Of a stretch of DNA of 64,000 nt, positions 40,546 to 48,862 are shown one piece after another. This DNA is from Burkholderiales bacterium (GTDB taxonomy: Bacteria; Pseudomonadota; Gammaproteobacteria; Burkholderiales; SG8-39): the NCBI GenBank assembly GCA_050248795.1, contig JBFWRS010000001.1, positions 11,587-75,586 of the forward strand. Direction: 5' to 3'. Numbering within the stretch: position 1 is the stretch's first letter; the number at the start of each line of letters is the position of its first letter. The notes under the pieces are model-generated. The model was not told the DNA's origin, searched no databases, and saw nothing but the letters and a program-made list of their open reading frames with translations. The translations under genes and the position numbers were made by a program.

Positions 40546-40583
40546 AGTATCAATGGGACTGGTACAAAAAACCTAGCAGTTCA

Positions 40584-40871
40584 GATCTGCAAGCTGCCCT
40601 TGCGCTCCGGGATGTAGACCTGCGACACCAGGTCGTCCGGCGCGACCTTGGCGCCGGTTGCTGCGAGCGTCGTGGCGAGCGCCGCCGGTCCGCATTGATA
40701 CTCCACCTGGGGGAAAAACGGCACCTCCGTAAGCTCGACGCGCTCCGGCAGGCCTTGCGGCAAGCCCTCGCGCAACTCCGCGGTTTGGGGCCAAAGGCTG
40801 GCGCAACCAGACACCGCGAGTGCACAGAGACAAGCAAAAGCAATTGTTCCGAGCCTGGATTTCATACGCAC
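40584..40871 (-). pseudogene. 3'-truncated C39-like (PA2778-family) cysteine peptidase lipoprotein, N-terminal 96 codons only
   Basis: Lipobox ALAVSGCAS and the peptidase motif VPFFPQVEYQCGPAALATTL. The reading frame ends in a TGA supplied by the IS right end (40581-83). Confidence 0.6.
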
Positions 40872-40932
40872 TCCGCTTTCGTCACTGCGAACAACCCGTC
40901 AACGCCGACCGGGCGGAAGAAAAGCTCGAGCA

Positions 40933-41286
40933 TCAGTTCACGGGCTCGATGCTCATTACGGTGAACGCCCCGCCGATGACATCAACGTGGAATCTCACCT
41001 TGTCGCCCGGCTTGACTCTCTCAATGAGGGCGGGATCCCCGACCTGGAAGCCCATCGTCATCGGCGGCATGCCGAGGTTGTGGAGCGGGCCGTGGCTGAT
41101 GGTGAGCGCATTGGAGCGCCTGTCCACCGACAGCACCACGCCGTCGGCAAGCGCGCTCGGGTCTCCCGCGTGGCTCGCGTGGCCGCCCGAAGGCGCTTCG
41201 CCCGGGGGCCTGGGGGCACTGGGAAGAGAAAACCAGGCGAAAGCGCCCACCGCCAGGACGAATGCCGCGACGAACAGCTTCTTCAT
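40933..41286 (-). CDS. CusF-like periplasmic copper-binding protein (copy 1)
   Basis: Signal peptide and HGPLHNLGMPPMTMGFQV...GDKVRF...GGAFTV. Confidence 0.8.
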   Translation of the reverse strand: MKKLFVAAFVLAVGAFAWFSLPSAPRPPGEAPSGGHASHAGDPSALADGVVLSVDRRSNALTISHGPLHNLGMPPMTMGFQVGDPALIERVKPGDKVRFHVDVIGGAFTVMSIEPVN

Positions 41287-41348
41287 CGGCGCTTGACCGG
41301 TACTTCTGCTGCTGCCAGTACGCGGCTGCTTCCTGCCATTGCCGCGCC

Positions 41349-41681
41349 CTACTTCGCCGGCTCGAGCTTGGTGATCGTGAACGCGCCGCCGACCTTGTCG
41401 GCCTGGAACTTCACCTTGTCGCCCGCCTTGACCTGGTCGAGCATCGCCGGGTCCTTGACCTGGAACACCATGGTCATGGGCGGCATGTCGAGGTTTGCGA
41501 GCGGGCCGTGCTTTATGGTGATCTTCTTGGCGTCCTTGTCGACCTTGCGCACCTCGCCTTCGCTCAGCGCAGCATCCGCCTGCGCCAAGGCAACGCCCGG
41601 CTTATGGTGCGCCTCCTCGGCATGGGCGAGCGGCGCGAGCAGCGCGCCGGCAAGCAGTACTGCGGAAAAGGTCTTCATCAT
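41349..41681 (-). CDS. CusF-like periplasmic copper-binding protein (copy 2)
   Basis: Signal peptide and HGPLANLDMPPMTMVFQV...GDKVKF...GGAFTI. ATGA overlap with the upstream Ldt stop. Confidence 0.8.
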   Translation of the reverse strand: MMKTFSAVLLAGALLAPLAHAEEAHHKPGVALAQADAALSEGEVRKVDKDAKKITIKHGPLANLDMPPMTMVFQVKDPAMLDQVKAGDKVKFQADKVGGAFTITKLEPAK

Positions 41682-42919
41682 GATCCTGCTCCTTTGGTTG
41701 TGACTGCGGATTTGAAGGACTCCGGCAGGCGCAGCTTCTGCCCGCCGAGCGTATTCTCGTAAGCGATCTTCCAGCGACCGCCCTCCTCGACCCAGTACTG
41801 GCGCTTGCGCGCGCGCTGCGAGAGGTTGCTCGAGCGGTAGTCCTGGTCGAAGGTGACCTCGATGACTTCATCCTGTCCTGCCGAGCGCAGCACGCTTACG
41901 TTGGACAGGCCGACCTTGATCCACTTCTTGCCCGCGTTCACCCTGCGCTTGTGCGCGCTCCAGGCGGCGAGATCCATCGCGCCGGCACGGAAGTCGCGCG
42001 CATAGTGAGCGAGGTATCTTTCCGCATCGCGGCTTTCCCAGTCGCTGCGCCAGGCCTCGAGCTGGCGCATGAAGCGCTCGCGCTCGGCGCGCAATTCCCC
42101 GGGCGTCACCCAGTCGACGCGCTCGGCGATCACCACCGGGGTGGCCCCCGGCTGCACCCGCTTCGCGAGCTCGGCGATCTCGTCGTTGGCGAGCGCGATG
42201 CAGCCGTCGCTCGAGCGCGGCGCGCGCGCGTAGTTCTCCCGCGGCACGCCGTGCAGCCAGATGCCGTAACCGGTCTTGCCGGCACGCCGGTCCCAGTCGT
42301 TCGGATAGTTGATCGGAAAGGCGCCCCAGCCGTACAGGTCGGGGAGCTTCGCACCCGGAATCATCGAGGTGACGTGATAGACGCCGAGCGGCGTCTTCTG
42401 GTCGCCTTCGCGAAGCTTGTCGATGCCCTGCTTGCCGAGCGTGCTGTAGTAGTCGGCGACCAGGCGCGGCTCGCCGCGGTCGTTCTCGTAGACATAGACC
42501 CTCGAGCGGCTCGCGTCGACGATGATCGCGTGCGCCTGGCCCGGGGCGAGAACCAGGAGATGCCGCGGGACGGTACCCGGAGGCGGCGCCTCGCGCGCCG
42601 CCTGAAGCCGCGCCCGCGCCTCGGCCCGCAGGTCCTCCAGCCTCCCAGTCGCCGCATGCCCCGTGTTGCCCAATACTTTGAGGGGCTGCGCGCGAGCCAG
42701 CATCAGATCGCCGCGCACGAGATGCGCCAGGCGGAAGTTGGGATGACGCTGGATCAGGCGATCGAGGCCATCGATGGCGTCACTCAGGCGCCCCTCGGCG
42801 ACGGTTGCAACAACCCGCCGCAACTGCGCCTCTGCCGATTCGGCGAGCGCAGCCGGCGCCGCAGCGGCCATCACGCCCGCCGAGACGCCGCAGAGCAGCA
42901 GTGCCGGCGCGAATCTCAC
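41678..42919 (-). CDS. L,D-transpeptidase (YkuD) family protein
   Basis: GTG start at 42919 gives the signal peptide VRFAPALLLCGVSAGVMAAAAPAALA. Catalytic region GIWLHGVP...RSSDGCIALAN. GTGA overlap with the cupredoxin stop. Confidence 0.8.
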   Translation of the reverse strand: MRFAPALLLCGVSAGVMAAAAPAALAESAEAQLRRVVATVAEGRLSDAIDGLDRLIQRHPNFRLAHLVRGDLMLARAQPLKVLGNTGHAATGRLEDLRAEARARLQAAREAPPPGTVPRHLLVLAPGQAHAIIVDASRSRVYVYENDRGEPRLVADYYSTLGKQGIDKLREGDQKTPLGVYHVTSMIPGAKLPDLYGWGAFPINYPNDWDRRAGKTGYGIWLHGVPRENYARAPRSSDGCIALANDEIAELAKRVQPGATPVVIAERVDWVTPGELRAERERFMRQLEAWRSDWESRDAERYLAHYARDFRAGAMDLAAWSAHKRRVNAGKKWIKVGLSNVSVLRSAGQDEVIEVTFDQDYRSSNLSQRARKRQYWVEEGGRWKIAYENTLGGQKLRLPESFKSAVTTKGAGS

Positions 42920-43479
42920 TTGACCGTGATCTTCGCGATCATGCCCGCCTCCATGTGGCCCGGGATCAGACAGGCGTAATTGAACTCCCCGGCCTGGGTG
43001 AACTGCCACACGATCTCCCCCTCCTTGCCCGGCGCGACATGCGACATGTACGCCTCCTCATGCTCCATGGTGGGGAACTTGCGCATCAGCTCGGCGTGCT
43101 CCTTCAGCTGCTTCATGCTGCCAATCACCATCTCGTGCATCACCTTGCCGTCGTTGCGCACGATGAACCGCACCGTTTCGCCCTTCTTCACCACGATGTC
43201 CGCCGGCATGCTGTGCGGAGGGTTGCCCATGCGCGCGTCGGTGGTGCGCCCAGGCGCCACGGCCGCGACAAAACGCATCGTGTCGTGCATCCCTACGCGG
43301 ATGGTGCGGTCGACTTTCTTGGGGTTGCCGGCGCGGCCGAACGGTGTTTCCTCGGCCTTCGAATAGTCGACGGCCTTGGGCTTGGTGTGCCCGCTGTCGC
43401 CATGCCCGAAGGCGGCGGGAGCGAGCGACATCAGGGAGGTGGCCACCAGGGCGGCCAGAACGGGTCTTGCATAGTGCAT
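42916..43479 (-). CDS. periplasmic cupredoxin (CopI-like copper-tolerance protein)
   Basis: Signal peptide, His-rich N-terminus (GHGDSGH) and type-1 Cu ligands ...HEMVI...YACLIPGHMEAGM. Confidence 0.75.
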   Translation of the reverse strand: MHYARPVLAALVATSLMSLAPAAFGHGDSGHTKPKAVDYSKAEETPFGRAGNPKKVDRTIRVGMHDTMRFVAAVAPGRTTDARMGNPPHSMPADIVVKKGETVRFIVRNDGKVMHEMVIGSMKQLKEHAELMRKFPTMEHEEAYMSHVAPGKEGEIVWQFTQAGEFNYACLIPGHMEAGMIAKITVK

Positions 43480-43528
43480 TGCACTGCTCCTTTTCAGAAG
43501 GTAAACAACAAATCAACGCTGGACTTCA

Positions 43529-44905
43529 TCAATGGCCGGCATGACCTGTCGGCTTCCTCGCTTGCAGAATCGGCGCCTGCCGCCCCGCTGCTGCAGGCTG
43601 CTTGCGGGCGGCGGGCGGCGCTTCCCCCTGCCACTCGTAGGCGACGGTGCCGGCGGGATGCTTGTACCAGCCGGGATCCTTGTAATCGTTGCGGGCGAGC
43701 CCCTCGCGCACCTTGACCACCGTGAACATGCCGCCCATTTCAATGGCGCCGAAAGGGCCGCTGCCGGTCATCATGGGCAGCGTGTTGTCGGGCAGCGGCA
43801 TCTCCATCTCGCCCATGTCGGCCATGCCGCGCTCGCCCATCACCATGTAGTCGGGCACCAGGCGGCCGATCTTCTCGACGATCCCGCGATGATCCACGCC
43901 GATCATGGTCGGCACGTCGTGGCCCATGGCGTTCATCACGTGGTGCGACTTGTGGCAATGGAACGCCCAGTCGCCCGGGTTGTCGGCGACGAACTCGATG
44001 GCGCGGATCGAGCCCACCGGGAGATCGATGGTGGTTTCGGGCCAGCGGGCCGACTTCGGTACCCAGCCGCCATCGGTGCACGCGACGCCGAAGTTGTGGC
44101 CGTGGATGTGGATCGGGTGGTTGGTCATGGTGAGGTTGGCGATGCGGATGCGCACGCGATCGTCCTTGCGGACCGGCAGATGGTCGATGCCGGGAAAGAC
44201 GCGGCTGTTCCAGGTCCAGAGATTGAAGTTCAGCATCTCCGCGACCTTCGGCGTGTAGGCGCCCGGCTCGATCTCGTAGGCCGCCATGACGAAGGCGAAA
44301 TCGCGATCGACCGGCGCGAACTTCGCGTCGCGCGGATGCACGATGAGCGAGCCCATCATGCCCATCGCCATCTGCACCATCTCGTCGGCGTGCGGGTGGT
44401 ACATGAAGGTGCCCGAGTGCTTCATCTCGAACTCGTAGACGAAAGTCTTGCCGACGGGGATGTGCGGCTGCGTCAGGCCGCCGACGCCGTCCATGCCGTT
44501 CGGCAGCAGGATGCCGTGCCAGTGGATGGTGGTGTGCTCGGGAAGCTTGTTGGTGACGAAGATCCTCACCTTGTCGCCCTCGACGCATTCGATGGTCGGC
44601 CCCGGCGACTGGCCGTTGTAGCCCCACAGATGCGCCGTCATGCCCGGCGCAAGCTGCCGGCGCACCGGCTCGGCGACGAGGTGGAATTCCTTCCAGCCGT
44701 TGTTCATGCGCCAGGGCAGCGACCAGCCGTTCAGCGTTACCACCGGGTTGTACGACCGGCCGGTGCTCGGGAAGAGCGGCGGCGCCATCTCCGCGCTTTC
44801 GCGAATGGGCGCCTCCGGGAGCGACGCCGCGCCCGCGCGCGAGACAAGCGCGGCCCCGAAGAAGCCCGCCGCCGATGTCCTCAGGAATTGCCTTCTGGAA
44901 CTCAT
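43529..44905 (-). CDS. Tat-exported multicopper oxidase (CopA family)
   Basis: Twin-arginine MSSRRQFLRTSAAG. Cu sites TIHWHG, HPHADEM, HPIHIHGH and HCHKSHHVMNAM. Confidence 0.9.
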   Translation of the reverse strand: MSSRRQFLRTSAAGFFGAALVSRAGAASLPEAPIRESAEMAPPLFPSTGRSYNPVVTLNGWSLPWRMNNGWKEFHLVAEPVRRQLAPGMTAHLWGYNGQSPGPTIECVEGDKVRIFVTNKLPEHTTIHWHGILLPNGMDGVGGLTQPHIPVGKTFVYEFEMKHSGTFMYHPHADEMVQMAMGMMGSLIVHPRDAKFAPVDRDFAFVMAAYEIEPGAYTPKVAEMLNFNLWTWNSRVFPGIDHLPVRKDDRVRIRIANLTMTNHPIHIHGHNFGVACTDGGWVPKSARWPETTIDLPVGSIRAIEFVADNPGDWAFHCHKSHHVMNAMGHDVPTMIGVDHRGIVEKIGRLVPDYMVMGERGMADMGEMEMPLPDNTLPMMTGSGPFGAIEMGGMFTVVKVREGLARNDYKDPGWYKHPAGTVAYEWQGEAPPAARKQPAAAGRQAPILQARKPTGHAGH

Positions 44906-44906
44906 G

Positions 44907-46304
44907 TCAGTGTCCTCCTCCGGAGGGCGCCGCGGCGGGCGCGGCGCTCCTCGTCGTTTGCATGGCCCCGGGCGAGCGGCCGGTCAGCGCCATCTGGAAG
45001 TCCGATTCCGCCATCCAGAAGTCGCGCAAGGTCTCGATGTAGGCGTTCACCGCGGCGACCTGCTCGCGCGAATCGGCGAGCAGCTCGAACACGCTGGCAA
45101 GCATGCCGTTGTAGCGCAGCACCATCTCTTCCGAGATGCGCTTTCGGAGCGGCACGATCTCGTCGCGGTAGTGCTGCGCCACGTCGAAATTGGTGCGGTA
45201 AGCCGTGTACGCGTCGCGCACTTCCGAGCGCGCCTGGATCGCCGCCTCGGCCACGCGATTGACCGACTGCATGTACAGCCGCTCCGCCCGCGCGGTGCGC
45301 GCAGTGCCGAAGTCGAAGATGGGAATCCCGATTTCGACCTCCCAGCCGCGCTGGTTCTCCTGCCCGGTCTCGCTGTTGTTGATGAGGCCGAACTCGAGCA
45401 GGCTGACAAAGCGGGTGGCCTTGGTGAGCCCGAGCGAGCGCGCCAGCGCCTCGGTGTCGCGCCGCGCCGCCTGGACGTCCAGGCGCTGTGCGAGCGCCTG
45501 CGCCTCCAGATCCGGTCCGAACTCCCGCGGCGCCTGCGGCAGCTCCGGCAGGCGCCCCGGAAGCTGGAACGCGAGATCATCGCCCCACAGGCCCATGAGC
45601 CGCGCGAGCCGCTCCCGCGCGCTCGCTGCCGCCTGCCGCGCGCGGGCGAGCTGCGCAGTGGCTTCGGCGTAGAAGGCCTGCTCTCGCGCGAGCCCGAGCT
45701 TCGGCACGTTGCCGACCGCGGCCATGCGCCGCGCGAGCTCGGCGCTCGCTTCAGCGGCCTCCTTGACCTGCTCCGCGTACCTGGCGCTCTCTGCGGCTGA
45801 AACCGCCGTGAACCAGGCCTTGCGCGTCTCGAGGGCCACACGCAGGCCCTCCGAGGCCGCGCGGCTCTTCGCCGCAGCGAAGCGCGCTTCCTCGCCGCGC
45901 ACCGAGAGCGGGATGGTGAGGAGCCCGAGCACATCGAAGAACACGCTGCGCTCGCGCTCGATTTCGTCGCCGCGGCGCAGCCTGGCGAAGGAGAACGTCG
46001 GTCCGCGCCAGCGGCTCGCCTGCACCAGGTCGGCCTCGGCGATGCCGACTTCGGCGTACCCGGCCTGCAGGCCCGGGTTGTTGAGCAGCGCCACCTGGAC
46101 CGCTTCCTGGGGCCCGAGGGGCTTTGCGAGCAGCTCCTTCAGGCGCCCCCGCACCGTATTGGCTTCGTCTTCCGAGCGCACCCATTTGGTCTCAACGCCG
46201 GCCCGCTCCTGGACGGCCTTCTCCACGTCGGAAAATCCGGCGTCCTCGCTCAGGCTGGCGCATCCGCCGAGCAACACGATCGCCCCCACGACAAGGCGTC
46301 TCAT
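44907..46304 (-). CDS. TolC-family outer-membrane efflux lipoprotein
   Basis: Lipobox VLLGGCAS, two long coiled-coil repeats, 465 aa. Confidence 0.85.
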   Translation of the reverse strand: MRRLVVGAIVLLGGCASLSEDAGFSDVEKAVQERAGVETKWVRSEDEANTVRGRLKELLAKPLGPQEAVQVALLNNPGLQAGYAEVGIAEADLVQASRWRGPTFSFARLRRGDEIERERSVFFDVLGLLTIPLSVRGEEARFAAAKSRAASEGLRVALETRKAWFTAVSAAESARYAEQVKEAAEASAELARRMAAVGNVPKLGLAREQAFYAEATAQLARARQAAASARERLARLMGLWGDDLAFQLPGRLPELPQAPREFGPDLEAQALAQRLDVQAARRDTEALARSLGLTKATRFVSLLEFGLINNSETGQENQRGWEVEIGIPIFDFGTARTARAERLYMQSVNRVAEAAIQARSEVRDAYTAYRTNFDVAQHYRDEIVPLRKRISEEMVLRYNGMLASVFELLADSREQVAAVNAYIETLRDFWMAESDFQMALTGRSPGAMQTTRSAAPAAAPSGGGH

Positions 46305-46621
46305 CGGTGATGCCCTCCATGTCCACCGGCGGGCGGCTGCTGCGCGGGCGCCGTTTCAGGCTTCGCCGCGGGCTTCGTACTCCCGGACTCGGGTTTCGCC
46401 CCCTGTCCCCTGTGGCCACCCAGGTCCCTGGCCTGGTCGTTCATTTCGCGCCACTTCTCGATCTCCGGCTCGCGAAACGGCTGATACTCGGTGAACGCGG
46501 AGCGGTATTGCACCGCCGGCACACGCGCCTGCGCGTCGGACGGATCGCGCCGCACGTCGCTCTGCGCGGCGGCGCTCCCGCCGACGCACAGCAGGAACGT
46601 GCTCAAAATCACTCTTTGCAT
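46301..46621 (-). CDS. small secreted protein with His-rich C-terminus
   Basis: Starts at ATG 46621 (MQRVILSTFLLCVGGSAAAQ) and ends ...GGHGGHHR. 4-nt overlap with the TolC start. Confidence 0.5.
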   Translation of the reverse strand: MQRVILSTFLLCVGGSAAAQSDVRRDPSDAQARVPAVQYRSAFTEYQPFREPEIEKWREMNDQARDLGGHRGQGAKPESGSTKPAAKPETAPAQQPPAGGHGGHHR

Positions 46622-46715
46622 GGCTCTCCCGAAAGTCACAATCTCAGCTTGCGCGTGCGTTGATGCGGCACGCGCGGGCACGGCGCGCGGTCAGCGCGCC
46701 ACGAGCGTCTAGGAC

Positions 46716-47078
46716 TTAGAGAGCGAGAGGAGGACGGTCGAGGCTGTCGGGAAGAATCCCGGCGACACCCTCGGCGTGGTGCGGCTGGACTGCAAGGCCC
46801 GGAACAACAGGCACAACTAGAGGCGCCGATGAAGCGATCGAGCCGGCACCGCAGCACGCCACGCACGGTCCGCAATGCGCGCCGCCGGAATGGGCGTCGC
46901 CGTCGCCGGAATCTGTCTCCGCGATGGCCGCTGGTACGTGGTCGTGATCGGCAAGCTGACCTGGAGCGTCATGGTGGCCGAACGCCATGCAGATGCCCGA
47001 GCTCACCGCCGCCATGCCCTGTACAGGCACGGCGAAGGCGATCATCAACATCAGCAGAAAACGCTTGATCTGGATCAT
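46716..47078 (-). CDS. small secreted His/Cys-rich protein (DUF2946-like)
   Basis: Signal MIQIKRFLLMLMIAFAVPVQGMAA, then HHDAPG..DHDH and CGPCVACC. Confidence 0.5.
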   Translation of the reverse strand: MIQIKRFLLMLMIAFAVPVQGMAAVSSGICMAFGHHDAPGQLADHDHVPAAIAETDSGDGDAHSGGAHCGPCVACCGAGSIASSAPLVVPVVPGLAVQPHHAEGVAGILPDSLDRPPLAL

Positions 47079-47734
47079 GGCGCGGGCGAATCCTAGCACG
47101 GCTCAGGAACGCCTATTCGTTACCGATTGTTTCCGGACTCCGTCCGTTCGGCAGAGTTCCCTGGCGCCCCCATGCCGGACCAAAAATGTCACACGCCGCC
47201 TCCGCCCTCCCGTACGTGGAGGTAGATACCCACTACGGTCAGCGGCCGGCGCACCCGGCGCCTGAGCCGGGTCACGGCTGCCGCAGCCGCGGAAACGACG
47301 TCAGCGCCGGCGGCCTGTGTGCGCCAGATCGACAGCGTGTTGCTGCGGCTGGTGCGATAGGAAACGATGCAGCGGTAGCGCATCCAGGGTCCACTTGTTT
47401 TTCGGCGCGGCAGAGCATTGTAGTGTCGAGGTACAGGCCGTGGCCTACGGCGAAGGGCCGCATGTCGGCCGCCGGCTCAGTGATGCCCTTGGTGGACAAG
47501 AGATGCGGCATCACGCCGGCGTACATTACCAGCCAGTGCTCTTCGAGCTTGAGGCGCACCTCCTCGCGTCGCTCGCGTAGACGAGGTGCGGCCATGCCGC
47601 CGTCCTGTTCATCGACCGTCACATCGGCCGCGCTGGAATCCTTGATACACCGGCTCGAACTGGCGCCAGCAGGTCATGTCATCGCCGGGTACATGGGAAT
47701 TCGAGCGGGCTGCCACCGCTCGCCACCCTCATCT

Positions 47735-48862
47735 CTAAGCGTAGAGATGCCGCCGGAGGCGCCCTAGCCCGAGCAGCATGAGAACGCCACCGATTGCTGC
47801 AAGGGCTGCAAACTGCGGCCAGAGGGCTTCGAGCCCCACGCCCTTCAGGATCACGCCGAGCGCGATCTCCATGTAGTGGCGTACCGGGCTCGCCAGGGAG
47901 AGAACCTGCAGCGGCTGCGCCATGGTGTCGATCGGCACTACGGTTCCGGAAAGGAACATCATGGGAAAGAGCACGAAAAAGCCGATCAGCAGCGCCTGCT
48001 GCAGCGTGCGGGCGAAGGTCGAGATGAGGATGCCGATAGCGAGGCAGGCGGCTAGCGCCAGCGCCGAGGCAAGGACGAAGAGCGCGATGCTGCCCCGGAA
48101 AGGCACGCCGAACCAGGCCAGCACGCCGAGGCTCGGCCCGAGGGAGAGCATGCCGATCGTGAAAGGCGGCAGCATCTTGGCGGCCACTACCTCGCTGCGC
48201 CTGAGCGGGGTGAGCATGAGCTGCTCGGCGGTGCCGGTCTCCTTCTCGCGCACCATGCTCGCCGCGCTCGCCACCACGCCAACCACCAGCGCAGCCGCGA
48301 CGATCATGGAAATGGCCATGAAGTAGCGGAAATCGAGCGCCGGGTTGTACCAGACACGCGTGCGCAGCTCGACCTGAGGCAAGCGCACTGCCACGCCCGC
48401 GGCGCCGAGCTGCTCCCGCGCAAGCTCGTGCCCGAGCCGGGCGACGATGGAACTGGCATAGCCGCGCGCCACGTTCGCAGTGTTGGAATTGACTCCGGAG
48501 AGCACGAGCTGCAGCTCGCCGCCGTTACCTGCCGATACGGCGCGCGCGAAGCCGGGCGGGATTACGAGCGCGAGGTCGACGCGGCCGGCGTCGAGCACCC
48601 GGTCGATCTCGCGCGCGTCCTGGAGGGACGTCAAGCTGCCGAAATACTCGGTCGCCGTGAAGCGCTCGATCACGCGCTGGCTGAGCTGCGTGCGATCCTG
48701 GTCGTACACCGCGAGCCGCAGGTTCCTCACGTCGAAGCTGAGCGCGTACGTGCACACGATCACTTCCGCGGTGTACAGCCAGAGGACGAGCGCCATCAGC
48801 ATCCGGTCGCGCAGGAACTGCCGGAATTCCTTCGCCGCGGCGGCCGCGAGCCTTCCGCTCAT
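47735..48862 (-). CDS. ABC-2 type exporter permease (second permease)
   Basis: Begins MSGRLAAAAAKEFRQFLRDRML, has a large periplasmic loop, then 5 TM with REKETGTAEQL. ATGA overlap with the upstream permease. Confidence 0.85.
   Translation of the reverse strand: MSGRLAAAAAKEFRQFLRDRMLMALVLWLYTAEVIVCTYALSFDVRNLRLAVYDQDRTQLSQRVIERFTATEYFGSLTSLQDAREIDRVLDAGRVDLALVIPPGFARAVSAGNGGELQLVLSGVNSNTANVARGYASSIVARLGHELAREQLGAAGVAVRLPQVELRTRVWYNPALDFRYFMAISMIVAAALVVGVVASAASMVREKETGTAEQLMLTPLRRSEVVAAKMLPPFTIGMLSLGPSLGVLAWFGVPFRGSIALFVLASALALAACLAIGILISTFARTLQQALLIGFFVLFPMMFLSGTVVPIDTMAQPLQVLSLASPVRHYMEIALGVILKGVGLEALWPQFAALAAIGGVLMLLGLGRLRRHLYA

Larger units (their letters stand above)
39341..40583 (+). 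mobile_element. IS3-family insertion sequence (IS407-like), 1243 bp
   Basis: Terminal inverted repeats: TGAGCTGCCCGGCTTTTTCTGTACCAG (left) versus the reverse complement of the right end, TGAACTGCTAGGTTTTTTGTACCAG. It carries orfA/orfB with a -1 frameshift site and ends in TGA...TCA. Confidence 0.85.
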
